Below are positions 1-13,679 of a stretch of DNA of 64,000 nucleotides, piece by piece. The position numbers and the translations under genes were made by a program. Every line of letters begins with the position of its first letter. Position 1 is the first letter of the stretch. Under the pieces are notes generated by a model. It saw nothing but the letters and a program-made list of their open reading frames with translations, made no database searches and was not told the DNA's origin. The DNA is from Amphiscolops sp. MND2022 (Eukaryota), in NCBI GenBank assembly GCA_964187785.1, contig OZ076409.1, forward strand, positions 54,438,001 through 54,502,000, in the 5' to 3' direction.

Positions 1-3000
1 TTTTTTTCGAAAAAAATCAAAATTTTTTTTTTGAAAAAATTTTTTTTTCCAAATTTTTCCAATAGTTGTTCCTTGAATATTTTTGAGCCTAAGATATGGC
101 GCCGACTTGGGACGTTCCCGTCTTGTTTTCTTTTCAGCAGACAATCTCACTCTGAATGGTCCACTTTTTTACAATCTTTTGTTCATTTGTTCAACTAATT
201 TTCTGAGAAGCAGGATAACGTGGGTTCGATTCTCGCACTAAACCACAAATTTTTAATGCTTCCAAAAGTAGAAGCGAGACCAAAGGGTCGCCCCTTTGGG
301 TTTTTTCGGCACTATGTGACTTCTTTTCGAAAATTTTCGAATTCTATCAAAGGGTACCCCCTTGCATTTTTTTGAAGTTTTCGGTTTGTAAAAACGTTTA
401 ATGAGCCTAAATGTTTTTTTTTCGGCATTGTGCAACTTTTTTAAAAAATACTTTTTTCGAAGATATGGCGCCGACTTGGGACGTTCCCGTCTTGTTATAA
501 AATTATTGATGGTATAATAAGCTGTAAGCTGACTGCTCTTTGTTGTATTCCAAGCTATGTAGTTCGGAAGAGGTTATCTCTAGTAACAGATCCCTTGCTC
601 AACTGTTTTTAATATGCTATTGTCCAACTACGTAGTTTATCAAATTAAAACAATAGAGCGATGATAGATAAACAAACGTTGTCCCAAAATTCGGCAAAGT
701 CAATCCGGTCAAACCTTATAACACTCGTACGATCTCTACTTTCGAAGTAACTGTTAAAACTTAGCGCTTCAAGGTTTTGCTAGATTTTAGCCCAATTTTT
801 TGCAAGGAGCGTGTTACTTGCCGCGATCTTGCAGGCCATTCCTTTTTTACAAAGATTTTGGAAGATTCTACCAAATGAGAATGAATTATCTAGCAAGATC
901 TAAAAGGCGAGGAAAGAGTACTCAATGACATTAGACATGATACGAATTGTTTGAATTTCAGCTACTGATAAGATTAGAAACAGATGAAATTATTTACACG
1001 CCTTAAATTTTAATTCTGAATAACGTTTATCTGGTTATCTGACCTTATTAGACATATTCCATATTTTTTTGAAAAAAAATATATATTTCTTACATGAGTT
1101 TTTTCTTTGGCACTTAATTCATTGTGGGAGTAAACGTTTTCAGGTATCCAATTTTTTTTTTGTTTTTTTTCCAAAGAGTTTTGTTGCTAAGACACTTCAA
1201 TCATTGTGGGAGTAAAACTTTTTATGTATCCAATTTTTTCATTGGGGCTTCATCTTTTTTATTCATCGATTGCTTAAAGAAACGAAATTTAAACTCAATA
1301 CGTTTTGTGATTGTAAGTTTCAATTGTTTTTGTTCTCAAAATGTTTGTGCCCAAAAAAACGGAACATTTATATCACTCTTCCAGAAAGTTTCAGTAACCA
1401 CTCACTGTCAAAATCTGACAAGTGACCCATAACTTCTTGTTTTCAATTACACCGCATGCCGTTGAAAAATTCTTTCAAAACTATGCAAAATTTGATCTTC
1501 AGCGAAAACCAAAAGAATCAGTTTTCAGGAGGAACTTGCTGTTGGAATCGAAACTAGTTGTTTGAAGTTTATGATGGTTGAAAATTACCTCACTCACTAA
1601 CCAAATTCTAGAAGCAAAAAGAATAACTTTGAAGTTGTCAATTTGAAAGGAAGGTAATCTGATTCCTTAACGCGGTAATTTCAAACCAAGCATTTATTTG
1701 AATACTTTTGATGGGGCTTCATTCGGTAACAATATATGCTTCAAATAAAAGCCTTTATTGATTCCACAATAAACTCCAAATCACAGAAATTGATTGATGC
1801 TTTCAGATTTAACAGTTATCGAATTTCAAGTGAAACGTAACTATGAATTTGAATGAAGGTTTAAAAGGGCTTTTCGTTTTCATTGACCGAATTCATTTTT
1901 TATAAGCGTAATGCATGAATTTGATATGAGCGCCGCTACATAACACTGTTTGAAGGGAATACTCCAGCAACGGGCACCAATATATTTTATTCTTCCCGTT
2001 TTGGAATACAGTTCTTTAAGTTTAGGGTTAGAGATAAACACCATATCTGATGAACCAATGGGTGAATCAGAAAATAGACTATTCAGAAAAGAATTTGTGC
2101 CGATGTTGAGAAAAATGTTGGGCTGGCCGGGAAAAATTGGTCCAGACTTGCACTAGGGAAAGCAGGGAAAAATTTGCATCATTGAGCTTTTGTCCATAGC
2201 TTGGCTTTTTTCGGTAACTGTATTCTTATTCTCAGGGTAGTCTCCGGTCTGCATTCCGAGAATCTTTGCGAGACACCGCCTGACTAGACATATTAATGGT
2301 TGGAAAGAGGTCTTCATTCCCTGATAAGCAAATTACGACACCAAAAATTATTTGTCACGTCCGCGCTGTGTGCGTGTCATTGCATAATAAGTTACGTAAC
2401 ATAACAGAATCATGCGTACTTGCTTCAGGCAACAGGAAAAGTCAGCAAAAGAAGTGCTGGAAAGATGTGGAATTCAGCTCTCGGCTCTTTGGAATATTCA
2501 TGACGTAACCCAGTCCGAATTGAGCCGAATGAGGCCGACTGAGAGGATGGTATACATGATGAATAAAGTCTTTGATGTAGTAAGAGATAGAAAGGTTCAT
2601 TTCTGCATTATCTATTTTGCCACCTTTTAAAATACATTACTCGTAGCCTTTGAAGCTTGATTTAAATTTCCTTGACAAAATTTGAGTGTATATGATAACA
2701 TGCCACGAGGAAAAGCCATCTTACGTACTTAGTTCACTGATACCTCTCTCCACAGGAGAAGATAACAATTTGCGAAGGTGCAATTTTAAAACTGCAAACG
2801 CTCGTAGTTGCTGTTTTTGCGTTAGCACAGCAGGAAATTATTATGATGAGGAAAATGACATGAAAATATCACAAAAAGTGCTCATTTTCTGCAAGAATGA
2901 TTGATTACAAAAGCGTGCTGGGGGCTCTAAGTCCTTGTCTTTACCCCCAATGGTGCTTATTTGATCAGGTATATCAATTCAAGTTACTAGCCAATTGATA

Positions 3001-4069
3001 ATGGGACTTTGACATGACATAATTTAAATGTTAACGCTAATCTAGGAGAAACCATTCAAATTATATTTCATGCGTAGAATCCCAATCATGATTATTTGTT
3101 GCTTGTTCTGTCCGCGGGCTGCTTGCTCTGTCGTTTTTTTTATTTTTGGGAAGAAATGTAAATAACCGGAAATTAGGGAAAGAGAGTAAAAATGCTCATT
3201 TTGTTAGCATTTGCATTGTTTGTATAAGCCAATGCAACTGCAACTGCAATTAATATACATAGGGAAACGGAACTTGAACCAACATTCTCAAAACTGAAAA
3301 TTATGCAAAAAGTTGCAACATTTTGTGTTCTTTCCCATACACCGCCCAGATTGGTCATTATGACCCTGGTTTTCATCCATGATCCAAGTTTCAAGAGAAA
3401 GATTTACATTCATTCAACTACGTTTTTTAAATATGAAATTTCACGGAAAAATCCAAATTTCTTCCATCAAGCACAGGTCAATTGAGAAGATTGTTTCTTG
3501 CTGAGAATTTTGTTTGTGAACTACCACAACTATCAAATATTAAAATCTACAAAATCTCTTCTTGACTCAGATTCAGACCTTGATTTTTCTTCGTTACGAT
3601 ATCTATTGGGCACCTCTAAAAATAAGATTTAATACATATTGGGTCAATAGTGAAGTTGTGTGTTATAATCCACAAACTTACATGATTAATAATATGATAT
3701 GAACTGACAATATGAACTAGTATGGGATAATGTTAAATTGATGTGGAATGATGCTGAGCATGAATAAACCATAATCATTGTTCAATTCACCAAGCAATCA
3801 ATAATCGAAACTCAAAAACATTTAGGGGTAAAACTGTGTTTCCAACAACAAGGCGCCTGCTGACCAGCGAGATATTTCCCGCCCCAAACTGTTCTACAGC
3901 GACATGAATTTGAGGCTATAGAGTAGCCAATGCACTATCAAAATGCAAAAGAAGTTCGAAGGAAAGAAAGTTTTGAAGCCCAATTTTAAAGGAAAAACCT
4001 AATTTATCAAGACGCTGAGTACCTAATGGTTTTGTTGTTGAACTATGTGGACATCAATACCTAACATAC

Positions 4070-4664
4070 CAAATTTTTAGTCGGCGCTTTTCTTTAGAAA
4101 AGAGCGACAATAGTTATGGCGTTTTTAGTCGGCGCATTTTAGTAGAAAATGTGCCCGACTCTTACAGTGGGTAGTTTTTTTTAAAAGCGTAAGGTCCACT
4201 TTTTTGTTCATTTGTTCAACAACGTCAAACCTCAACAACTTCAAACCTCAACAACTCCAACCTCAGAAGCGCGTCCAAAACGAAAAGAAAAAACAAAACA
4301 GACGTCCAGAACCTCGAAAACACACTAAGAATCCCCACATAGCCCCACTTTTGTTCGGCACTATATTTTTTGAAACTTTTTGGATTGCACCAAAGGGTCC
4401 CCCCTTGATTTGTTTCGATATTTTGCAACACAATGGACGTCAAAAAATTGCAAAGGGTCCCCCTTTTTAAATTTTTCGGCACTGTGACACTGTTCAAAAA
4501 TCTCATTAAAAAAATTTTTGGAAAATTTTTTCATGCCCCCAAAGGCTCCCCTTCAATTTTCTCATTTTTTGCAACCAGCTGGAGTTTCACAAAGCCCGAA
4601 GGGTCCCCCCTTTTCAATTTTGAGCCTTAGATGTGGCGCCGACTTTGGCCGTTCTCGGCTTGTT
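4070..4664 (+). mobile_element. Copy of the same Helitron-like repeat family
   Basis: Internal TTCGGCACT(A/G)T and AAGGGTCCCCC units; ends GCGCCGACTTTGGCCGTTCTCGGCTTGTT. Confidence 0.5.
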
Positions 4665-6842
4665 TTTCGATATACCTGATCTGTCCAAAATAGTTCTACC
4701 AAAAGGTTTTTCAGGTAATTCTATACTGCCACTTGGCCTGGTGGGTAACGCGGACTTCTTTTTTAACGCAATTTCGAATTCTTGGAGGTTTTCCATAAAA
4801 AAATCATGTTTCCTGAACCTCTTTGTTACTTTTTGATCCTGCAGAACTGATGAGCTGTGGAAGATGCTGTGGAAAATACCTTTTTTAAGATTTCGTGCGT
4901 CTTTCCGAAACTTTTTTTCGTCGACGATTACCCCCACGTTTTCATATCTAATTTACGCTTGAAAAACGTTTTGCGAGCTGAAATGCTTTTCCGCACTATG
5001 AGACTTTTCCGGAAAAAACATTTCCCGAGAAAAAGATTTTCCCACTTGGAAAAAGTGGTTTCCGAGTCTCAAGCGTATGTTTTGTTGTGTTTTTGTCACT
5101 GAGAATTTCGAAAATATCGTCCATAGCATATTTGAAACGAGCTGTGTGCCGACTTGTGCCGGTCCCGGTTTGTTATAATTTTCCACATAACATCAAAAAT
5201 GTCGAGAAAAGGAAAAAATTAACTTTTTCGACAACTTTGGGGTGAACATGATGAACTTTCCTAACAAGAAACTACAAGTGTCTTTTCTAAAAAGCCTAGC
5301 GGATACCAAGTTTAGTCGCTGTGGAATGTTTACAGCCTTCTAGCCCACGCCAGTGCTCGAAAAAATTGCAGAAAATCATTTAAAAAGTTACTGATTTTTG
5401 GGTCATTGTGAAATTTATTTATGCGTGGGAAACTGCAAAATCACTTTTCATTGGTGATTTTTTTGGAGCTCAGTGATTAATAAACAAATTAGGTGTCGAA
5501 AAAGATCTTTACGTTTTCGAGTTAGGTTTTCTGGAGTTTTTGCAAACAATTTTGTCTAGTTTAATCTAAAACAACACCGGTAGCTTATCGTGTCAATCTC
5601 GAGTCTATGGGATTTCTGATTACGGGAAACATTCGGAGAGGAAAGTGTCCGACAATTGGACTTTCTTATCGAACATTCAGAAAACTCGGAAGATTCGACA
5701 CCTTTATCGTCGAATCTGAGGAACTCATCTTTTTTCCCAAATTATGTTTCAAATATCCTATTGTTTCGACGTTCATGTCAATGGAAGGCTCGTACTGCAA
5801 ACGTTTCCGTGGATTGAACAAAAATTGGGATTTGTTTGTCAAAAAACGTGTCTTTGGAGACTGGTGTGATATGACGCCAATTACAACAAGAAATTGTTGA
5901 TATATTTTCGAAAACTCCTATTGGATACCGACATTAGTTATTGCTGGGTTCTAAAAGTTATTGTTTTCGAAAAAATTTTTCAAAAAAAACCAAAAAATTG
6001 CTCAAAAGTGGCAAAAATTGAAAATTGTTGTAAACTTTGAAATTCTAAGTTTTTCCCGTAAGATAGGTCATTCTGACCTAACTTCCCTCTTAAAAAGTAC
6101 AAATTATTCTCTACAAAGAATGCTGTGAACATGGTTTAGTTATCTGTTCCATTTTAAAGTTTTTTTCCCAAAAGTCTTTATTCTCAAATTAAAAAGTCAC
6201 TGAAAATGTCAAACGAATCAGCAAACTTTTTGACATTTTCCACTTTTTGCAATCAATTTTGGGGCAATTTCCAACAGAAGTTTGCATATATGTCTTCAAA
6301 AAAAACCTACTGATTAATGGGTTCAATTGTTGTTGAGCGCTTCATTATTCTGACTTCAAAACAATTCGAAAGATACACATAAGTAGCAAACAACGTGAAG
6401 ATTTTAAAACGTTTCAAATTTTCGACTCATTCGGAGTTTTTCCGAAGTTTTGAAGGAAACCTCTGAAGGGTTCTGTGCAAAAAAAAACATACTGCACAGC
6501 TAGTTTATTTGTTTTGTAACCTTTGGGACGTTTTATCCCACGAAATCTTTCAGAAATTGTACCGAAAGTGCATGAAAAATAACAAAAACATGAAACTTTT
6601 GGACTTTTCGACATTTTCTGGGTTACTTTGAGGTCTTTTTTTTGTCACGAACTGCATTTGTCTCCTAGCAAAATCTTACGGGACATCAAATTCTTCCGTT
6701 TATCTAACAGTTTCAACTTCTAGTTCACGAAGTATATCGATATTTTGACATGAAAAATGAATGAAATTGAAGAAAATCGGAAAATTTTGGACTTCTGTTT
6801 TTTTTTCTTTCAGTATCAATTCAAGACATTTTTCTTTTGGAA

Positions 6843-6937
6843 AACTGAATTTATCTCTTCAATAAGCCTACTGGACAACGCATTCTTGTCACAAGAATGC
6901 GTTGTCCAGTAGGCTTATTGAAGAGATAAATTCAGTT
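6843..6937. repeat. Perfect inverted repeat, 47-bp arms, 1-nt spacer
   Basis: 6843-6889 is the exact reverse complement of 6891-6937. Confidence 0.95.
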
Positions 6938-7878
6938 CAACGGTTGAACGTTTACATCATTCTAATCTACGAATTCTAACGAAAAGTTGACAAAGATTGC
7001 ATTGGTCATTCTGGGGTCGTTTCAGTCTTTCCCAGAAAGTTTAACAATTCTCTACAAATACATATCGCACAGAGCCAACAAAAACAGTCAAAACGAATTT
7101 CGTAAAAGAAAAGAATTTTGTTCGAATTAATGTCTGAGCGAAACTTCAAGGTCAAGCAAAACTGACAAGCAGTCATTCGGAGAAGCCTCTAAACAATTAA
7201 CACTGGAAGAATTTTTCAACGTTGTTCAAATGTTTTTCACGAACTACACAGATTGGACAAAAAAATTTCGTACTCATTCCAATTTTTTTCCAAGAATCAA
7301 GACATCATTCGGAGAAGTTCTGGAAAAGCGGATCTTCGATAATATAAATAATTCAATTGAATATTCTTAACGAAATTTTCACCTGGTAATGGAACTTCCA
7401 TGAAAATGTTCAAAATTTCATTCCCAAATTGAGTAGAAAATACGTCAAGGTGTAAGCCAAAAAACTCAAAAGGTAAGAGAAAAAGCCATAATATTGAGCA
7501 GCGTAACTTCAGCAAATGTTTTTCGGCAGATTTTTTAAATAGAATGCATTGTTTTCTTTTCGCCAAAAAACAATACTTCCGAGACTCAAAATTCGAAATG
7601 ACCCTAGAATAATGAAAATTAGTAACGGAAATTCCATCGAGGAAAAGTTTTGAATTTCACATGTTTCGACTGAAATAGACACAAAAAAGCCGGACTCTAT
7701 GGTGTCTTCGAATCATCAACTCTCTTACGTGCTTGTTTCTTCAATAAAAGATGCGACAAACAAAACACTCAACTATTTTTGCTCAGAAAACATTTTTTAA
7801 ATATTACAACTTTTTTACTACTAACAGGCAAAACTACAAACAGTATGAAATATCAGAAAATAAAACCAGGTCGGATCC

Positions 7879-7956
7879 GAAATGAAGCGCCAAGAATAGA
7901 TCGGTTTTCAATGTATCTATACATTGAAAACCGATCTATTCTTGGCGCTTCATTTC
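7879..7956. repeat. Perfect inverted repeat, 38-bp arms, 2-nt spacer
   Basis: 7879-7916 is the exact reverse complement of 7919-7956. Confidence 0.95.
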
Positions 7957-10900
7957 AGAAAAAGAAAAATGCGATTTTTGATTTCGACATATCATTGACT
8001 GAAATTTACGAACAATTACAATGACTTTAGCATAGCGTCTATTGACTATAAGACAATTTCAGCACGCCGGAGATATGAGCTACATTTTTGTCCAAAACGA
8101 ACAACGTTCATATGTTATTTGGCCGGAAAAACCATAAAAATTGATGGGAAAAAGATATTTCCTGAGTCACCTTAGACAGTTTGCTTCAAAATTTAAAAAG
8201 TTCGGCTTAAATATATATAAGCACCCTTCTGGTTACCCAATTTTCACCAAACCTGTAGACAATAGATTCCAATTGAAAAATTTTCATTTATTTACTGCCA
8301 ATGTTGTGTGAGTTTTTTCCTGTTTGCATACCAAATGGCGAAACGCATTATACCCAATCTAAAAACAGCTCAACTGTTTGCAAAAATCTGACGTGCATGC
8401 GTTTCAACTGGTTAATGATTGCAATCATATGTTATAACAAATAGTACACTTAGTGTATTGGTATAGAAGCAAAAACCAGCCTTTATCACAGAAGTTGAGA
8501 GACAATCTATCAATATCAATAACATTGCCACTAAATCTGTCAGCTTTTCTGTTCAAGTTTGACTGATACGAAAAAATTTAACCATTTTTATTTAATCAAA
8601 ACGCTTTTTCCTGAGGTTTAGTGAACTGCCATTGAGCATTTTCGTTGTTTCAAGCGTTTTTCAATGTTTTAGCATTCATTAAAACTTATGGAGCCAAAAT
8701 TTTTCGATACAAACATTTGGTCAAAAGGTTTTCCATATTTCTAGAGTACTGATATTGTATGGTCTCAGCAATTCAGTCCAATTTTGAGATATTAGGCAAA
8801 AAATTTGAAACCAACAGTTTTTCTTCAAAAAAATAATCGCAAAGCCAAAGTTTCGCAGAAAACTAAATTTTGCTAATCTGGAGCGCGGGGTATCTTTTTT
8901 TTCAGTTTCGAAATACTTGCTTCAAACTAGAAAAAAAATCATTTTAAATGTTTTTCACGGTTTTTTAGTAAAAACATAAGGCTAAAGCTTTTTCGAGTTT
9001 GAGACGAATTTAGAGTTTGAGAAAATTTTTCCTTCCACGCACCTATAATAGGCACCTTTCACGCACTTATTATACTCAAGGAGAAAGGCAGAGTTCAAAG
9101 TTGAAAACCCCCAAAATGACACAAAAGTGACACAAGAAAAAGGTGGGATCAGAGTATGAAAACTGAAGGACAATCAGCTTCGCCTCACATAAAAGTGGAA
9201 ATGCCATCACAGCAATTCAAGGCAATAAGCTTCTCTATCCTCTCCTTAATGTTTATGTCGAGTATTTAGTGCAAGGCTCTTGAACACTGCACTATAAATA
9301 AAGCTATCACTTTCCGTTTCATCTGATGTTTGCTATAACCACTTTTGTATTTTCAAGAGTTTAATGGAAGGTATTAGTTATTGTAATAAAGTGAAGTCTA
9401 AACTAATGATGAGCTTAGGTTTGAAGAATTCAGCAAAACTTGATAAAGATTGCATTTTAGTCGAAGATTGTCTCACATTCCAACCAGAAACAAATTTTAA
9501 ATCTGAGCCGTTCGAAGACTTTTTGATTTACATTGGATTGATCGTGAAAGTGGACCAAAACTCCCATAATCGATTCGCTATAACTAGAGTCACCATGGTC
9601 GATAAAAGCAAAAATCTAATTAACGCATCGTCCTATAATTTATCTCCCCTGCTAATATTTCCATGTTTTATTTCCATGTATCCTGTCCGTTTCTAGAGAA
9701 TTAATCTCTACTATTTTTCTCTCTTCTGTTTCCCTGACCTCATTATTTTGTGAAGAGCTGCCTCTATTTGCCATTGGGGCTTCTTCGATATTATGATCAA
9801 GTCCATCTCACCTGTTGGTCGTGTGCTCCTGTTCTCTTTCTCTCTGGTTCCGGTTGTTATTTAGGTTTCCAGCCTTTATATCACAGGTAGAATCATAATT
9901 CCCGAAAAGTATGTGTAACATTTGGAAAACCGAACAAACAAATCGCAACGTTTCACAAATTTTCAAGACACGGAAATTTCCCACATATTATTTAGTTTTT
10001 GTTTTTTGTTCGTTTCATGTTGGACCTATTAGTAATTCTATTTGAATTGAATATTCAGATCGTCCATTTATCAGGAAAATGATAGTTATGTATCGGTCAG
10101 ATACGAAGAGAAAATCAAATAACTCGAGACTTTCGAGATTCGAGCATACAGTAATTGAAATTTCAAAATCAGTAGACTATGCCTTCTGATAATTTCTGAT
10201 CCCAATTCGAATGATTTAATATTTATCTTGTATAGTGAAAAATGCTTGCGAACAAGGATAAAGTTTTCCAGTATCAAGTACTTACATTTGATATGACGAT
10301 ATGTATGTCTTTGCAATTTTTCGTTTTCTCACAAAACAAAAAATGTAAGTTTTACCCGCGATTTCCTCTTTTCTTTCGCAGTTTCTGCCATAACTTCTAT
10401 AACTTCAATTTCACACACTTGAATTGGCGCCACTTGGTGTAGGGCATAACTGGATTTTCCGTCAAATGCAATTGTGTTTCTTTGGGTGTGCGTGACTTCG
10501 AGTCCTGCACTACAACATTTTTTTCTGCCAGATCAGAAAATGTTTTTTTTCGGCACTATGAGACATTTTTTAATTTTTATTTTGAAAAATTGAAAGCTCC
10601 CCCTGGACGTTTTAGCAGTAACAAAGCGTTTTGGGAGCATAGAGTCACTTTAATGTTTTTCTGCATTATAAGACTTACTGAAGAATATATTTTTTGCAAA
10701 TTGTGTTCGAAAATTTTCTTTTCTCAGTGTTTGTTGTTTCGAGCTTTTCTGTTACAGAACCGTTTCCCAGTTGTGAGGGTGACTTTTTTGGTTAAAGGTG
10801 ACCTCTGGGAGGATAACGAGAGTTTTCTCGAAAATTGAGAAACTACTTTTTTCGGGTCTGTATGACTTTTTACCACTTTTGTCACTTGAGGTTCGCTGCT

Positions 10901-12849
10901 TCGGTTTTTCGATCCCAGAGGGTCACAACTTTGAATAGTTTCAGCAGTGTTTGATTTTTTCCGAACAGTTTTTTCTGAAAAACAACATAAATTTGGGTTT
11001 TTGTGATTTTTTTCAGTTAAGAAAAGTTTCTTTTTAATCGTGAAGCTACCCATGGAAAATGTTCTAATGTAATACCGCAGTGTTCAAAATACCGCAGTGC
11101 CACTGCCTCTCTTGTTTAGTTCTCTGGTTTCAGTTATAACAAAATTAACTAGTTTATCTTCCTAATTCGATTGTGAATCTTTCCATGTTGAATAATTGAT
11201 AGAGAGAAGGAACAAAATCTCTTTTCATGCGTCTCGATCGATTGCTCATTGGTTGGTTTGTTCGTGTAAAATTTTCATGCTTTCGTGCTTTTCATGCTCG
11301 ATAGTGCGATATAAGCCGACTAAAAAGCTCTCCTTAATCAATGTATGACAACTTTGGAAAACGTTTCAGTTGTTTTCGAAGTATTAACTTAGGATTTACT
11401 TGCATCTCCATTGTGTAGAGCTTTTTATTGAGTCAAATCTATAAGTCGCGCTTTTGTCATTTTTGCTCAATTGAGTTTCGCTTAAAAATGACCAAGTTTT
11501 GAAAAGTTTCATTTTTCATGAGTTTGTGCAGGCTTCGCTGAGTAAAGACTATTCTTTGTGGTTGCCGGAATACACTCCAGAAATTATCCAAACTATTTCA
11601 GTAACGACAAGCTTTTAGGGCTCGAGCCAAGCTGGCAAACAAACAACCGAAACTAGCATTCGATAAAGTTCCGTTCAATTTATCTTTTTTTAGTAGAAAA
11701 ATTATTATTTCTCTAAACTAGCTAAGTATTTTGGTTGTTAAACACTGTGGAAACTCAAATCCAGAAAACAGCCAAAAAAAACAATACAATTTCTACAAAA
11801 AACAGTCGCAAACAAACAATTTTTAAAACATTTACTATCTTTTTTGATTGTAAAAACTACATATTTAGTTTAAAAGAGTACACTACGCCTCTAAATGTTT
11901 TCTTGAATTGTTTTGTTTTTCATGTGCACAACAACTTCCAAAATTTCAAACTTGTTCAATAAAATGGAATATAGATGAGAACAATGAAACAGATTGTTAG
12001 ATCCCACTGTTCCACGGAACGTAAGCTCAAGAAGCAGTTCGGTTTTCCTAAACCAGTGCCTCTTCGGGAAACCCTCTTTTGCAAGATACTGTACTATTTT
12101 CATAGCTACCGACTTTTAAATGTGAAAATCGAGTTTCAGGTGACACTCCCAGTTGACTTGCTCAAGGAGACAAAGATTCGCCTTGAATGGTCGGTGTTGC
12201 CATTTTCGTTTTTATTTTTTTCTGTCAAAGTCGTTGTCTCGAGACCAGTCCAACTTTTTTCAGCTACTGCCAAACAATTGCACAAATCCTAACAGAAGGG
12301 AATCGAAGGAGGTTTGTGATTATTTCTAAAAAAAGCCTAATGCTCTAATCATTACACCGTGATCTGAAAAAACTAAAAATTTTGTCACTATGTGGAAAAT
12401 TTAAAACATTTAAACAATGACAATTTTTTAAATGCAGTTTTGTTTGCTCGATTGAATTTTTGAACATCAGTGGAACTTCATACCCGCGGAAAAATCAAAC
12501 AACATCTTCATCAATTCAAGTTCGAACAGCTGTTTTTTAGTAGGCGCTTTTCGATCAAGTAAAAGTGCAAGACTTTTACAGTGACTAGTTTTTTGTCAGT
12601 CTCACTCTGAACGGTCTACTCTTATGATACGGTGCACTTTTCCGACAATTACTTAGTATTTAATTCTAAACGCATCCAAAGCCTCTAACAAGAAATACCA
12701 AACCATTCCAAAGCAAAAGGGTCCCCCTTTCCTCTTTGTTCGGCACTATGATACTTTTAGAAAATTTTTCATATTTTTTCTCAGGTCCCCTTTCAATTTT
12801 TCCGGCGTTGTGGTACTTTTTTTCCCAGAAATTTGTCCATGTCTCCATA

Positions 12850-13679
12850 CCCTAGTTGAAAAAAGTACAAAGCTTTCAAGAATCTTGCAAGACAATGCAT
12901 TTTTCTGGCAGATTTCTTGCAAGATTCTTGCAAGATATACCTCATATTGCAAGATATACGTCATCTTGCAAGATTCTTACTAGATAAAACTTTAGCTTGC
13001 AAGATTCTTGCAAGACAAACACTTCTTTTGCAAGAATCTTGCAAGATATGCCATTTCTAGATTGTGTTCAGCATGTTCCAAAAAGTCCTCGTAGCAAGCT
13101 TCAGCCTCGTACAAACAAGCAGGTGCACAAAAAAGCTTCATTCACAATAATACATCAAATGAATGAGCACAAAAACCATGATGGATGTCTCTCGAAGTCC
13201 AACCTACAAATCGACCTACAAATGAAAAAAGGACCTCGAAAAGAGACATTTGATTGGTTTAGATCTTATTCCGTTAGATTTTATTCCCCCTCTCCGGGAA
13301 AAGCCCTTTTTCTATCATTGTATCCGGCACTATTGAGCCCAGACATAGTCTCGACTATGGGAATAGTACCGGAACAGTTATTCTGACCATAACCCAATGC
13401 TCATGGGCATAATTGATACAAAATACACTTAAATGTGATAGGAAATACAAGCAACTAGTTTTCCCTACTCAAATTCAAAATGGCCGCGCCTTATTCGCAA
13501 CTTCGAATTTTTCATCGAAATTTTGGTTCGATGTATTTCTTGAAAGAATCTTGCAAGATTCTTGCAAGAAATATTTTTTTCTGTCAGGTTCTTGCAAGAA
13601 ATGTATTTTCTGACAGAATCTTGCAAGATTTGTATTTTTTGTCAAGATCTTGCAAGATTTGTATTTTTTTCAACTAGGG
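12850..13679. mobile_element. Non-autonomous DNA transposon (MITE) with palindromic TCTTGCAAGA subterminal repeats
   Basis: TIR CCCTAGTTGAAAAAA / TTTTTTCAACTAGGG, TA on both sides, and many TCTTGCAAGA units near both ends. Confidence 0.85.

Noticed and set aside
3870..3935. E2F-like TTTCCCGC plus CCAAT promoter
   Set aside because: Short motifs with no supported gene attached; may be chance or repeat-derived.
12997..13386. 129-aa ORF repeated at 17086-17475
   Set aside because: Lies inside a MITE and is repeated only because of the tandem duplication; no transposase motifs.
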